A DNA stretch of 64,000 bases. It comes from an uncultured Gammaproteobacteria bacterium. Lineage in GTDB: Bacteria > Patescibacteriota > Patescibacteriia > Magasanikbacterales > UBA922. The DNA is taken from positions 148,316-212,315 of the forward strand of contig CAYUTO010000002.1 in the NCBI GenBank assembly GCA_964447765.1. The letters run 5' to 3'. The notes under the pieces were generated by a model. That model was not told where the DNA came from and made no database searches. It saw only the letters and a program-made list of their open reading frames with translations. Position numbers and translations under genes: made by a program. Within the stretch, counting starts at the first letter, position 1; every line of letters starts with the position of its first letter. Shown piece after piece: positions 25,101-34,443 of this stretch.

Positions 25101-25758
25101 ACTCCAGGACAGTGGAACTACAGCTAACGGTGTATCATCAAATGATGATATCGACCCAACTGTAACCGCTACTACTGGTAACGATATTATCGTTGCTGGT
25201 TCGACTGTATCGAATCTTGCTACCAGTTTTGCAGGTGGAAACCTTGCAGGTGGTGAACAGGTATTCTTTACCTTCGCTGTAACTGCTAACTCTGGTTCAA
25301 ACACTGACAACAGTGGAGACAACCTTGATCTCTACTTGACTCAGTTGAAACTATCACTCTCAAGTGATGTTGATAGTGTAACGAGTACTAAGCTTTGTCG
25401 TGTAAGTACTGGTAACTGTCTAAACATTTACCAGACTACTCCAGTCAGTTCAACTGTTAATAACACAACATTCTACACTCCAGGTGCATCAGGATACGTT
25501 GACGTAACCGGATTTACCAACAGTGATGATGAACGTGTTGACAATGGACAGACTGCACTCTACGAACTCCGTGGTACATTCTCAGGAGTTACAGATGCAT
25601 ACGCACAAGGAAGTATTCAGGATGTTGAAACTGGTGGTATCGTATGGGGTTATGACCTCAATGACAATGGTACACTTGACTACATCCATGCTAGCTTGTT
25701 GCAGATGGAACCTCGATCATCTGGATACCCAGATATCACAGGTGCAGCATTGAACTAA
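22141..25758 (+). CDS. Giant (1205 aa) secreted acidic surface protein rich in Thr/Ser/Val/Ala. It is S-layer-like or adhesin-like.
   Basis: Signal peptide (FSASVVGVTIAWSMGLAAFVPVAAQA). It has very few Lys/Arg/Cys and a long beta-rich repetitive composition. It is the largest ORF, has a strong terminator, and lies beside the glycosylation island. The S-layer identity is inference. Confidence 0.65.
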   Translation: MNDVIKFGKKLFSASVVGVTIAWSMGLAAFVPVAAQAATCPELEAGDLFKATGASAVYYLTASMERAYFPHVDVFNSWNLSFNDVVTVSGECLFAYPAATVAGINYRPGSRLVKLSDASPVFAVTPGNKLVQVTGESAAALYGTNWTSVLRDVSPFHWASYTDTRTTWGESKPHDGQFVKKTGETTVYWVKDGMLHQVDGSNVPDVRTVSAATFATLSVASGSVTVSSAYANPTQVDGSAPAASTGALTVSVASNTSASKVVPGGAQGVEFLAFAVRAGSEASTLEQVTLKRAGIGNRTDIEKVYLYHNGIRLDNGRTINSDDEVTFNVNKTISANSTETFWVKADMNTVAGSATAGSQNYFEITTASEVDGSGTVGGSFPVRGNAITLGAQDISSITLLGQGSNTTAKIGENGVVVSEFDASAASTDDVELTSVTLKQKGTAPASLLTNVKLMQGGTTVAMGVVSGDWVKFDFTQKVTIEAGDTKRFKVYADLGIADTNDTVELVLDEEADVMAYSLDFPGSLAGVTNTYTTSQSLAVTVEGGKINVDLEGTNEDVRVDQDNVVFGTFSILATAEDIDVDTMEFELVKTGITNPLEDLRLREKNGKGSYALEDTDTCVIGSTSCTFTAENMILSKGTTYEFEILADVPATVTSGQTYYFTWAAAQVSAEGVSSDNTVSANDFSSASLTGPTMTVNPSKLTIRQSALSNETVVNGTKNVLVYRGTLEAGSTSDVTVTSLTVGATSTDQAWDGVVDGLKLFIGGVQVSNDNTVTSEEAVFTGFSNVIPAGSANKVTFEVYADLTDGSTVEMVQVQVEDADATDEDDDTVNAVNASNVTVSSGSPVVGSRILTISGTGTLTAVLDSNYTGLRNDFYAVAGTQKQLAGRVQLKALYEDVELEDLVVYVSSTWSSASVVEATFDSLNVYADAAMTELLGTADVTSGAVTIENVDFVVPADSTKYIYLGLNLNSVGTGDNGTATASTSIFLALQDSGTTANGVSSNDDIDPTVTATTGNDIIVAGSTVSNLATSFAGGNLAGGEQVFFTFAVTANSGSNTDNSGDNLDLYLTQLKLSLSSDVDSVTSTKLCRVSTGNCLNIYQTTPVSSTVNNTTFYTPGASGYVDVTGFTNSDDERVDNGQTALYELRGTFSGVTDAYAQGSIQDVETGGIVWGYDLNDNGTLDYIHASLLQMEPRSSGYPDITGAALN

Positions 25759-25795
25759 TGTTAGTTCAATCGATCCATACTCTGTAGTAATACAG

Positions 25796-25837
25796 AAAAA
25801 ACACCCCGCCCTTCTCGAAGGGCGGGGTTGTTTTTTT
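25796..25837 (+). terminator. Strong Rho-independent terminator: ccccgccc-ttctcgaa-gggcgggg, then T-run.
   Basis: A perfect 8-bp GC stem followed by ttgttttttt. Confidence 0.8.
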
Positions 25838-25939
25838 GTTCATCATAGCTATATAGAAGACTCTCGTCTATAGGTTGCATATTACAAGTGTTTAGGCTAT
25901 GATACGTTTGCTTTTTCTATAATTTTATTAAGTTCTTCT

Positions 25940-28039
25940 ATGGTTACGAAAATCAGAAAGTTAGTCCCATACCTTATAGCAGCAACTTTTATAGCACCTC
26001 TGATTCTCCTCAATAACTATATTTTTCCTTTTATTGTTCCTAAAATAGTCTTTTTTAGATCACTCGTTCTTATTATTGCAGGCTGTTATGCGCTTTTGTT
26101 GGTTTCAAATTTTTCAAAATATAGACCACGTTTTTCATTCCTCACTACAAGTATTTTATTATTTTGGCTGAGTTTTGCTATCTCCACTTTTACCGGTGTA
26201 GATTGGTATCGTAGTTTTTGGGATAATCACGAGCGAATGCTTGGGTTGTTTACCATTACACACTACACCATACTATATCTGATTGCGTCTTCAGTTCTCG
26301 AATTTGATCGTGAGTGGAATACAGTGTTTCGCTCAGCGCTTATCCTTGGATCTCTCGTGATGCTTATCGGCGTATGGCAGAAGTTTGTGAATCCACAGGC
26401 CCTCCTCAATAACGGTTCATGGCGTGTATCTGCAACATTAGGTAATTCTATTTATTATAGTGGATACGGGCTCTTTTTGATGTTTTTGGGTGGGCTACAA
26501 TTTTTCAGGGAACAAAGTAAGAATTGGAAATATGTTGCTCTCAGTGTAGGGTTGTTAGGTTTTTTGGGTATATTTTTTGGAGGAACGAGAGGTACGATTC
26601 TTGGAATGCTTGCAGGTTTTATTACGCTGGCGTTTTGTTATATTGTATTAGAGAAAGAAAAAACCAAAACTCGAACTGTAATTACATACCTTGCTGCAGT
26701 AGGAGTTGTAGTTTTTTCCCTATTATTCGTATTTAGACAAACAGCGTTTGTCTCGGGAATTCCTGGATTGGGACGGCTTTTGAACACGTCATTTTCACTC
26801 AATTCGACTGAGAGTACTCGTCCAATGGCGTGGAGCACTGCGGTTGATGCATGGAAGGAAAAACCACTATTTGGGTGGGGACCTAATAATTTCTACTATG
26901 CGTTCAATGAGCACTACAACCCTCAATTTTTGAAATTTGGGTGGAATGAAACTTGGTTCGATAACGCGCATAGTGTTATTTTTAACACACTCACGGTCCA
27001 GGGAATTGTAGGTATTGCGACGTATCTACTCATCTATATCGCTGCCTGTACGCTTATTTTAGTAGGTGTGCGAAGGGGTATAATCAGGAGTCAGGTGGGG
27101 TATATTTCTGCATCATTTTTAGTGGCACATTTTGTAGGATTGGTGACGGTATTTGAAAATCCAACGTCCTATCTGTACTTTTTTGTCTTTGTAGCTTTTG
27201 TAGCTTTTTCTACCCGCGGTGTCGCATTGCGTAAAAAAAAGGATGTTGAAGAAAAAGAAGAAGTTGTGGTAGTGAAAAAAAATAGTATCACCGAACATGG
27301 TGCGAAAGTTTCCGCGGGTCTCGTGGTGACCGTCGGTGTTGTAGTTTTTTTGTTGGTGTATATTACTGATATTGCTCCTGCGCGAGCAAACAAGGCTACT
27401 ATTGCTGCGATACAAAAAATTTATGCAGGGGTTGCAGACGAGAGGTTGTATGATGATGCATTGGAATTTTCAAGTCCTCATATCGATGATATTAGAAACG
27501 ATATTTCGCGTACGGTCATAGGTGTGCTTCCTCAGTTGGTGCAACAAGGAAAAGGTGAAGAGGCGTTAGTACTATTCAATGAGACGATTGAGGAATTGAA
27601 AAAAAATCAATTACTCCATCCGCTCGATGTGCGGGTGTATTTTGTGCTTTCTCAGTTGTATGAATTTGGCTATCAAGCTACACAGAATACGGAATTTTTA
27701 AGTCAAAGTGAGGCTGCTCTTCGTCAGGCGGTATATTTTTCTCCCAAGCGACAGCAATTTCTCTATGCTCTTTCTCAAAATCTGATTCAACAGGGTAAGC
27801 TGCCTGAAGCAGAAGAAATACTCAAGCGGTCAATCAATGATTTCGAAAATATTGGCGAAGGATGGGTACGACTTGCGGTGATTTATGCTGCACAAAACAA
27901 AACAACAGAGGCGGTTGAAATTGCAAATAAGGTATTAGGGTGGTTCGATAATCCAACTTCTTCAATGTATCAATTGAACCTAGAATGGAAACCAGTATTG
28001 GAACAAATACGAGGGGCAGCAACGTCTACGAGCGAGTAA
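25940..28039 (+). CDS. Wzy_C / O-antigen-ligase-family polytopic membrane protein fused to a C-terminal TPR-repeat domain. It is a candidate O-oligosaccharyltransferase or polymerase.
   Basis: About 12 TM helices. RPMAWSTAVDAWKEKPLFGWGPNNFYYAF is typical of Wzy_C-family periplasmic loops. The C-terminal 250 aa have TPR-like helical repeats (LSQLYEFGYQATQNTEF..., LAVIYAAQNKTTEAVEIA). Confidence 0.6.
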   Translation: MVTKIRKLVPYLIAATFIAPLILLNNYIFPFIVPKIVFFRSLVLIIAGCYALLLVSNFSKYRPRFSFLTTSILLFWLSFAISTFTGVDWYRSFWDNHERMLGLFTITHYTILYLIASSVLEFDREWNTVFRSALILGSLVMLIGVWQKFVNPQALLNNGSWRVSATLGNSIYYSGYGLFLMFLGGLQFFREQSKNWKYVALSVGLLGFLGIFFGGTRGTILGMLAGFITLAFCYIVLEKEKTKTRTVITYLAAVGVVVFSLLFVFRQTAFVSGIPGLGRLLNTSFSLNSTESTRPMAWSTAVDAWKEKPLFGWGPNNFYYAFNEHYNPQFLKFGWNETWFDNAHSVIFNTLTVQGIVGIATYLLIYIAACTLILVGVRRGIIRSQVGYISASFLVAHFVGLVTVFENPTSYLYFFVFVAFVAFSTRGVALRKKKDVEEKEEVVVVKKNSITEHGAKVSAGLVVTVGVVVFLLVYITDIAPARANKATIAAIQKIYAGVADERLYDDALEFSSPHIDDIRNDISRTVIGVLPQLVQQGKGEEALVLFNETIEELKKNQLLHPLDVRVYFVLSQLYEFGYQATQNTEFLSQSEAALRQAVYFSPKRQQFLYALSQNLIQQGKLPEAEEILKRSINDFENIGEGWVRLAVIYAAQNKTTEAVEIANKVLGWFDNPTSSMYQLNLEWKPVLEQIRGAATSTSE

Positions 28040-28061
28040 TTTTATTTTAAATAGTAGTGCT

Positions 28062-28850
28062 ATGAAAACAGTAATTTTGTGTGGCGGAACAGGAACGCGC
28101 ATGAAAGAAGAAACAGAGTTTAAGCCTAAACCACTCGTATTGGTGGGGGGTAAGCCAATTCTCTGGCATATCATGAAAATTTACGCGCATTACGGGCATA
28201 ATGAATTTATTCTTGCATTGGGGTATAAGGGTGACATGATCAAGCAGTACTTTCTTAATTGGAGAAGCTTGCTCAATGATTTTACACTTGATACCAAAAA
28301 TCATGAATTCACCTTCCATAATAATGAATGTGACGACTTTAAAATTACCTTTGCAGAGACTGGTCCAGAAAGTTTGACTGGTGAGCGTGTACGTCGTGTT
28401 CGAAAGTATATCGGGGACGATACAGAGTTTATGGTGACGTACGGTGACGGTGTTGCAAATATCAATATTGCTGAACTGATCGATTTCCATAAAAAACAAA
28501 ATACGGCGGTAACTATTACAGGTGTTCGTCCAACACATCGATTTGGACTCCTTGATATTGATCATACGTCAGAAAAAATTAAAGGTTTTTATCAAAAACA
28601 TGTGACCAATGATACTGATAAAATTTCGAGTGATTATATTAATGGTGGATTTATGGTCTTGAACTCATCTGTTCTTGATCAGATCGAAGAAAATTCAATG
28701 ATTGAATCAATTTTTGAGCCACTTGCAAACAAAGATCAGTTGTCAGTATATAGACATAAGGGTATGTGGAAATGTATGGATACCTACAAAGAAGTTGAAG
28801 AATTAAATAAACAGTGGCACATTGATCCTTTTTGGAAAGTGTGGGCGTAA
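28062..28850 (+). CDS. rfbF: Glucose-1-phosphate cytidylyltransferase (the CDP-glucose pyrophosphorylase RfbF/DdhA).
   Basis: MKTVILCGGTGTRMKEETEFKPKPLVLVGGKPILWHIMKIYAHYGHNEFILALGYKGDMIKQYF is a near-signature for RfbF. Length is 262 aa. Confidence 0.85.
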   Translation: MKTVILCGGTGTRMKEETEFKPKPLVLVGGKPILWHIMKIYAHYGHNEFILALGYKGDMIKQYFLNWRSLLNDFTLDTKNHEFTFHNNECDDFKITFAETGPESLTGERVRRVRKYIGDDTEFMVTYGDGVANINIAELIDFHKKQNTAVTITGVRPTHRFGLLDIDHTSEKIKGFYQKHVTNDTDKISSDYINGGFMVLNSSVLDQIEENSMIESIFEPLANKDQLSVYRHKGMWKCMDTYKEVEELNKQWHIDPFWKVWA

Positions 28851-28865
28851 GTAGGTCTAAAAAAT

Positions 28866-29840
28866 ATGGGTAGTCTAATAAATCAAAATATATTGGTAAC
28901 AGGTGGTGAGGGACTGGTTGGTTCGCACCTGGTGGAGGCTCTACTTCTGAAAAAACCAGGAAAATTAGTAGTACTTTCTCGCGATCGGGATCCTCAATCA
29001 TATTTTGTAGGAACAGAGCTTGAAAACAAAGTCATACGTGCATATGGAGATTTGAAAGATAAAGAGCGGATATTCGATATCGTGACTGCGTATGAAATTA
29101 ACTATATTTTTCATATTGGTGCCCAAGCAATTGTACGTACTGCATTGGTAAATCCCTATGAAACACTTGCAAGTAATATCATGGGTACGATCCATGTGCT
29201 TGAAGCTGCGCGTCTATCCCCGCAGGTAAAAGGTGTAGTAGTTGCATCAAGTGATAAGGCGTATGGAAAAGACTGTGTGGATGCAATAGAGGATCATGAA
29301 TTACGGGGTGATCACCCATACGATGTATCAAAATCATGTACCGATCTGATTGCGCAGACGTATGCTTCGACCTATGGAGTACCAGTCACGATCAGTAGGT
29401 GTGGAAATATTTTTGGTCCAGGAGATTTGCATTTCAACCGGATTGTTCCAGGCTCCATGAAGGCGCTTATTGAGAATGAAACGTTGCAGATACGAAGTAA
29501 TGGTGAATTTGTGCGCGATTATGTGTATGTAAAAGATGTAGTGACTGGGTATGTGCTCTTAGCTGAGCAGATTGAACGTATCAAAGGCGAAGCGTTTAAT
29601 TTTAGTACGGGAAATAATTATAGTGTAATCAATCTGATAAAAAAAATATCAGAAGTTCTCGGATCTGAAATCAAATATACCATTGTAAACAATCAAAAAA
29701 ATGAAATTCCAGAACAGAGTCTAAATTATGAAAAAGTCGTAAAGATACTTGGGTGGAAGCCGGTGGTATCACTTGAGACCGCGCTACAAGAAACATATGA
29801 ATGGTATAAAAATTATTTCAGGAAACAGGAGGGGTTGTAG
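28866..29840 (+). CDS. rfbG: SDR-family NAD-dependent sugar-nucleotide 4,6-dehydratase. It is probably the CDP-glucose 4,6-dehydratase RfbG/DdhB.
   Basis: Gly-rich NAD motif VTGGEGLVGSHL. The SSDKAYG and YDVSK catalytic motifs are of 4,6-dehydratase type. It lies directly downstream of rfbF. Confidence 0.6.
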   Translation: MGSLINQNILVTGGEGLVGSHLVEALLLKKPGKLVVLSRDRDPQSYFVGTELENKVIRAYGDLKDKERIFDIVTAYEINYIFHIGAQAIVRTALVNPYETLASNIMGTIHVLEAARLSPQVKGVVVASSDKAYGKDCVDAIEDHELRGDHPYDVSKSCTDLIAQTYASTYGVPVTISRCGNIFGPGDLHFNRIVPGSMKALIENETLQIRSNGEFVRDYVYVKDVVTGYVLLAEQIERIKGEAFNFSTGNNYSVINLIKKISEVLGSEIKYTIVNNQKNEIPEQSLNYEKVVKILGWKPVVSLETALQETYEWYKNYFRKQEGL

Positions 29841-29849
29841 TAATTATCT

Positions 29850-30743
29850 ATGAGGAATGATAAGGTGAAAGTCGCAATTATTGGGACAGGTAATATCGGA
29901 AGCGATCTGCTCTACAAAGTTCAGAGATCGCCTTTTTTGCGATGTGGCTTATTCACGGGGCGCAATCAGGATTCAGAAGGTATCAGGCGCGCTAAGCGGA
30001 TGGATGTAACAGTGTCCTGTGATTCGATACGTGCAATTGAAGAAAATCCTGACTGTTGTGAAGTGGTGTTCGATACTACGAATGCGGAGTCTCATTTGAT
30101 TCATGCTCCGATATTACAGAAACTGAAAAAATTTACGATAGATCTCACTCCTTCACGTGTAGGAACCTTGTGTGTTCCGTCTATTAATATTGTTGAGGCA
30201 CTAGCAGCTGATAATGTGAATTTGATTACCTGTGGCGGACAGTCGCTTATTCCAATTGCAAAAGCAATATTGGATGTTCATCCGGAAACAGAATATGTAG
30301 AGGCTGTAGGGAGTATCGCTTCAAAATCTGCTGGTCCTGGAACTCGTGCGAATATTGAAGAATATTTACAGACAACGGCGCGCGCGATAGAGAGTTTTTC
30401 GGGTGTGCCTCGCGCAAAAGCAATTCTCATTCTCAATCCTGCAGAGCCGCCTGTATTGATGAGAAATACTCTGTATGCCAAAATTTCCAATCCTAATATT
30501 CCAGAATTGGTTAGAAAAATTACGGAGACTGTTGGTGCTATACAAGCATATGTGCCGGGATACCGCCTTGCTGCAGGACCTATTATTGAGAAAGATAGTG
30601 TGATGGTGATGGTTGAAGTGGTGGGACAGGGAGATTTTTTACCCACCTATGCTGGGAATTTAGACATTATCACCTGTGCAGCTGTTCGTGTTGCTGAAGA
30701 GTATGTAAAACATAAGTCTCAAATGGTTTCCTCTATTGTATGA
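29850..30743 (+). CDS. Acetaldehyde dehydrogenase (acetylating), DmpF/MhpF family.
   Basis: KVAIIGTGNIGSDLLYKV at the N-terminus. The catalytic-Cys region ITCGGQSLIPIAKAI is characteristic of acylating acetaldehyde dehydrogenases. Confidence 0.8.
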   Translation: MRNDKVKVAIIGTGNIGSDLLYKVQRSPFLRCGLFTGRNQDSEGIRRAKRMDVTVSCDSIRAIEENPDCCEVVFDTTNAESHLIHAPILQKLKKFTIDLTPSRVGTLCVPSINIVEALAADNVNLITCGGQSLIPIAKAILDVHPETEYVEAVGSIASKSAGPGTRANIEEYLQTTARAIESFSGVPRAKAILILNPAEPPVLMRNTLYAKISNPNIPELVRKITETVGAIQAYVPGYRLAAGPIIEKDSVMVMVEVVGQGDFLPTYAGNLDIITCAAVRVAEEYVKHKSQMVSSIV

Positions 30744-31756
30744 AAAAACCTATTTTTTTTGACTCAACTTTACGCGATGGTTCGCACGCGATTCAACATC
30801 AGCTTACTTCGGATAATGTGAGGGAATATTGTAAAATGGTGGATAATGCGGGACTCTATACCGTGATTGTCGGTCATGGAAATGGTCTCGGTGCCTCATC
30901 AGTACAGGTGGGTCTGTCACGTACATCTGATCAAGAATTACTTGCTGCAGCTCGATCTGAGTTGAAGGTTACAAAGCTGGGCGTTTTTATATTGCCGGGA
31001 TTTGGAACAATTGAAAATGATTTAGTTCCAGCACTCGAATTAGGAGTTGATCTCGTCTGTGTTGCGTCTCACTGCACAGAAGCTGATGTGACGAAACAAT
31101 ATATTAGTCGGGTAGCAAAGGAGCAAAAAGAGGTATATGGTATTCTCATGATGTATCATATGACTACAAAAGAGCGTCTCCTCGCAGAGGCAGAAAAAAT
31201 GGTAAGCTATGGGGCTATCGGTATCATCATCATGGATTCAGCAGGATCTTCAACACCAGGATTAGTTCGGGAAACCATCTCGTATCTGGTTGAACACCTG
31301 CAGGTACCTGTGGGATTTCATGCGCATAATAATCTGGGAATGGCGATTGGAAATACATTGATAGCACTTGAATCAGGTGCGACCATTGTTGATGGTACGG
31401 TACGTGGATTTGGTGCTGGTGCAGGAAATTGTCAGATTGATGTGATGGTGGCATTGCTTGAAAAAATGGGACATACTACGGGAATTAATGTATATGATTT
31501 GATGGACGCAGCTGATAAGGTGGTGAAAAAAATTATGACCCAACCACAAGAGATTGATTCAGTAAGTATTGCGAGTGGTATGGCAGGTGTATTTTCAGGA
31601 TTTGCGCCACATGTGAAGCGAGCTGCGGAAAAATTTGGGGTTGATGCGCGAGATATTTTTGTTGAACTCGGCAAAAGAAGAGTTGTTGGCGGACAAGAAG
31701 ATATGGTGATTGAGGTGGCGATTGAATTATCAAAAAAGAAAAATGTATTATCATAA
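30740..31756 (+). CDS. 4-hydroxy-2-oxovalerate aldolase-like (DmpG/MhpE family, DRE-TIM metallolyase).
   Basis: PIFFDSTLRDGSHAIQHQLT matches the DmpG active-site region (D.TLRDG.HA..HQ). It overlaps the upstream DmpF-like gene by 4 nt, as in dmpFG operons. Confidence 0.8.
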   Translation: MKKPIFFDSTLRDGSHAIQHQLTSDNVREYCKMVDNAGLYTVIVGHGNGLGASSVQVGLSRTSDQELLAAARSELKVTKLGVFILPGFGTIENDLVPALELGVDLVCVASHCTEADVTKQYISRVAKEQKEVYGILMMYHMTTKERLLAEAEKMVSYGAIGIIIMDSAGSSTPGLVRETISYLVEHLQVPVGFHAHNNLGMAIGNTLIALESGATIVDGTVRGFGAGAGNCQIDVMVALLEKMGHTTGINVYDLMDAADKVVKKIMTQPQEIDSVSIASGMAGVFSGFAPHVKRAAEKFGVDARDIFVELGKRRVVGGQEDMVIEVAIELSKKKNVLS

Positions 31757-31759
31757 TGT

Positions 31760-33556
31760 ATGAATGTCGCTGATTTTATTTTCAAATACTTTGGTGAACG
31801 TGGTGTAAATCACGTCTTTACGATTACCGGAGGGCACGCGATGTTTTTAAACGATGCGGTTGCTAAAAACAAAAATTTTACATACACCTGCCCTCATCAT
31901 GAGCAAAGCGCAGCTATGGCTGCTGAGGCATATAGTCGTGTGGCAAATAAGCCAGGAATTGTAATGGTTACTGCAGGTCCTGGAGCAGTGAATGCGCTCA
32001 CAGGGGTCGTAGGTGCTTGGGTAGATTCTTCACCAATGATTGTTATTTCCGGCCAATCAAATTTACCTATCGTGCAGTACGCAGAAAAAACAGATATTCG
32101 ACAATTTGGTGTGCAGGGGATTAGTATTAGAAAAATAGTGACCCCAATTACCAAGTATTTTGTAACAGTGGATGATCCAGCTCGGATCGGAGAATATGTG
32201 GCTGAAGCATGGAAACAGGTAACGACAGGCAGGCCTGGTCCTGTGTGGATTGAGGTGCCAGTCGATATGCAACGCTCAGAAGTACCACAATCAGTAATCG
32301 ATGCTTATGGGTCGCCAGAAGACATATTAATTAAACCTGAGGAAGCATCGAAGGAGTTGTTAGAAAAAGTCGCTGCAGTATATGAGCGCATTCAAAAAGC
32401 AGAGCGACCACTGTTTATTTTTGGACAAGGTGTTCGATTGTCCGGAGGAATTTCAGCTTTTGAAGCAGTGATTAAAAAAATAAAAATTCCACTTCTAACA
32501 TCACGATTGGGTTTGGATATTATTACGAGTGATCATCCACTGTATGCGGGTCGTCCAGGAACCTATGGAGAGCGTTCAGCAAATTTTGCTGTGCAAAATG
32601 CTGATTTGATTATTGCAATTGGATCTCGTCTCACCGTTTCTCTGACCGGGTATAATGTAGCCGATTTTGGTCGTAATGCAGAAAAAATTATTGTCGATAT
32701 TGATCAAAAAGAATTAGAAAAACCAGATTTAAATATTGTATTACCCGTATTAGCTGACGCAAAAGTGTTTTTAACTGAATTAGCGGCATATGCTGAAGAT
32801 AAGTCGAGTATTGAAAGACCTGAATGGGCGGAGATTTGTCAGAATTGGCGAAAAAAATATCCTGTAGTATTACCTTCGTATAAAGATGAAAAACCAGTGA
32901 ATTCGTATTACTTCACCGGTCGTTTAACTGAGCTCACTCCACCGGGTGCAAACATTCTCGTTGATACGGGATCTTGTTTTCATGTCGCAGCACAAACATG
33001 GGTAATAAAAGAAGGGCAGAGATTTTTGACTACCGGAGGAATTTCTACTATGGGGTATTGGGTGGCAGGTATCGGATCATGTATTGCCGCAGGAAATAAG
33101 CCCACTATAGTGATTACTGGAGATGGTAGTTTGCAAATGAATTTACAGGAGTTAGCAACTGTCAAAATAAATAATTTGCCTCTGAAGATTTTTATTTTTA
33201 ATAACAATGGTTATTTATTGATGCGCCATACGCAACGTAATTTTTTTGAAGGTCGTATGATTGGGGAGAGTCCGGCGTCCGGCGTCTGGTGCCCTGATTC
33301 TCTAAAAATTGCAGAAGTGTATGGTATCAAAGGAGTTCGTATTTCCTCAGTGGATGAGGTAGATCAGAAAATTAAAGAGGTACTAGACCATGACGGACCT
33401 GTAATTTGTGATGTGATGACTCCTGAATGGCAATTTCTCATGCCTCGGGTGACATCGGAAAAAGGTCCTGATGGAAAAATGTTTTCGAATCCTTATGAAA
33501 ATATGTTTCCATTTTTGAGTAAAGAAGAGCTTGATGAAAATATGATTGTAACCTAA
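31760..33556 (+). CDS. Thiamine-pyrophosphate (TPP)-dependent enzyme of the acetolactate-synthase large-subunit family (YerE-like candidate).
   Basis: Canonical ALS/TPP N-terminal domain: GVNHVFTITGGHAMFLNDAVA...CPHHEQSAAMAAEAYSRVANKPGIVMVTAGPGAVNALTGVVGAWVDSSPMIVISGQ. It is 598 aa and has a GDGS TPP-binding region. Confidence 0.75.
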   Translation: MNVADFIFKYFGERGVNHVFTITGGHAMFLNDAVAKNKNFTYTCPHHEQSAAMAAEAYSRVANKPGIVMVTAGPGAVNALTGVVGAWVDSSPMIVISGQSNLPIVQYAEKTDIRQFGVQGISIRKIVTPITKYFVTVDDPARIGEYVAEAWKQVTTGRPGPVWIEVPVDMQRSEVPQSVIDAYGSPEDILIKPEEASKELLEKVAAVYERIQKAERPLFIFGQGVRLSGGISAFEAVIKKIKIPLLTSRLGLDIITSDHPLYAGRPGTYGERSANFAVQNADLIIAIGSRLTVSLTGYNVADFGRNAEKIIVDIDQKELEKPDLNIVLPVLADAKVFLTELAAYAEDKSSIERPEWAEICQNWRKKYPVVLPSYKDEKPVNSYYFTGRLTELTPPGANILVDTGSCFHVAAQTWVIKEGQRFLTTGGISTMGYWVAGIGSCIAAGNKPTIVITGDGSLQMNLQELATVKINNLPLKIFIFNNNGYLLMRHTQRNFFEGRMIGESPASGVWCPDSLKIAEVYGIKGVRISSVDEVDQKIKEVLDHDGPVICDVMTPEWQFLMPRVTSEKGPDGKMFSNPYENMFPFLSKEELDENMIVT

Positions 33557-33557
33557 C

Positions 33558-34439
33558 ATGCAAACAATACTTCTTACAGGCGGTAGTGGTTTTATTGGTC
33601 GAAATATTATCGAACAATTGGGGGCTACATATACTATTCTCGCTCCAAGCCATCATGAGCTTGAGCTTACTGACACCAAAGCAGTCGAATCATATCTGAA
33701 ACAGCATGCAGTTGATCTGGTCATTCATAGTGCAAATAGGGGAGGATCACGTGCGGATGCCACACAAGCTGGGGTCGCAGCATCGAACCTTCGAATTTTT
33801 TATAACATCATTCAGGCAAAACAATATTACAAACGCTTGATTGTGCTTGGATCTGGAGCTGAATATGATAAGTGTTTACCTTTGAAACAGATTTCTGAAA
33901 TTTTTTTTGGTACGTCTATTCCTGCTGATGAATATGGGTTATACAAATATGTATGCGCCAGATATGCAGAGCAGGTTGACTACATCACACATCTTCGATT
34001 ATTTGCTGTATTTGGAAAATATGAAGATTATCGGATTCGATTTATTTCAAATGCTATTTGCAAAGCATTACTTGATTTACCAATTACGATTAAGCAAAAT
34101 GTAGTGTTTGATTACGTGTATGTTGATGATGTGGTTTCACTGCTTGATTTGATAATTGCTAACCCAACAAGTGAAAAGATTATTAATGTCGGGTCAGGAA
34201 TGCCTGTGGATCTAAAAACGATTGCAGAAAAAATTTTAACTATACTAGATAAAAAATTGCCTATTGTAGTTGGAAAATCTGGGCTTGGCAATGAATACTC
34301 GGCAGATATCGGACTCTTGAAAAAAACATATCCTAATGCTAAGGTTACCTCGCTTGATGTGGCGCTTCAAAGTTTAATCGATTATTATCGGCCTATTGCC
34401 GAAACGTTGGATACAGAAGCATTTCTCGCAGATATATAA
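33558..34439 (+). CDS. NAD(P)-dependent SDR-family sugar-nucleotide reductase/epimerase (RmlD-like in size).
   Basis: LLTGGSGFIGRNIIEQL Rossmann motif. It is 293 aa and lies in a sugar context. Confidence 0.6.
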   Translation: MQTILLTGGSGFIGRNIIEQLGATYTILAPSHHELELTDTKAVESYLKQHAVDLVIHSANRGGSRADATQAGVAASNLRIFYNIIQAKQYYKRLIVLGSGAEYDKCLPLKQISEIFFGTSIPADEYGLYKYVCARYAEQVDYITHLRLFAVFGKYEDYRIRFISNAICKALLDLPITIKQNVVFDYVYVDDVVSLLDLIIANPTSEKIINVGSGMPVDLKTIAEKILTILDKKLPIVVGKSGLGNEYSADIGLLKKTYPNAKVTSLDVALQSLIDYYRPIAETLDTEAFLADI

Positions 34440-34443
34440 ATAT

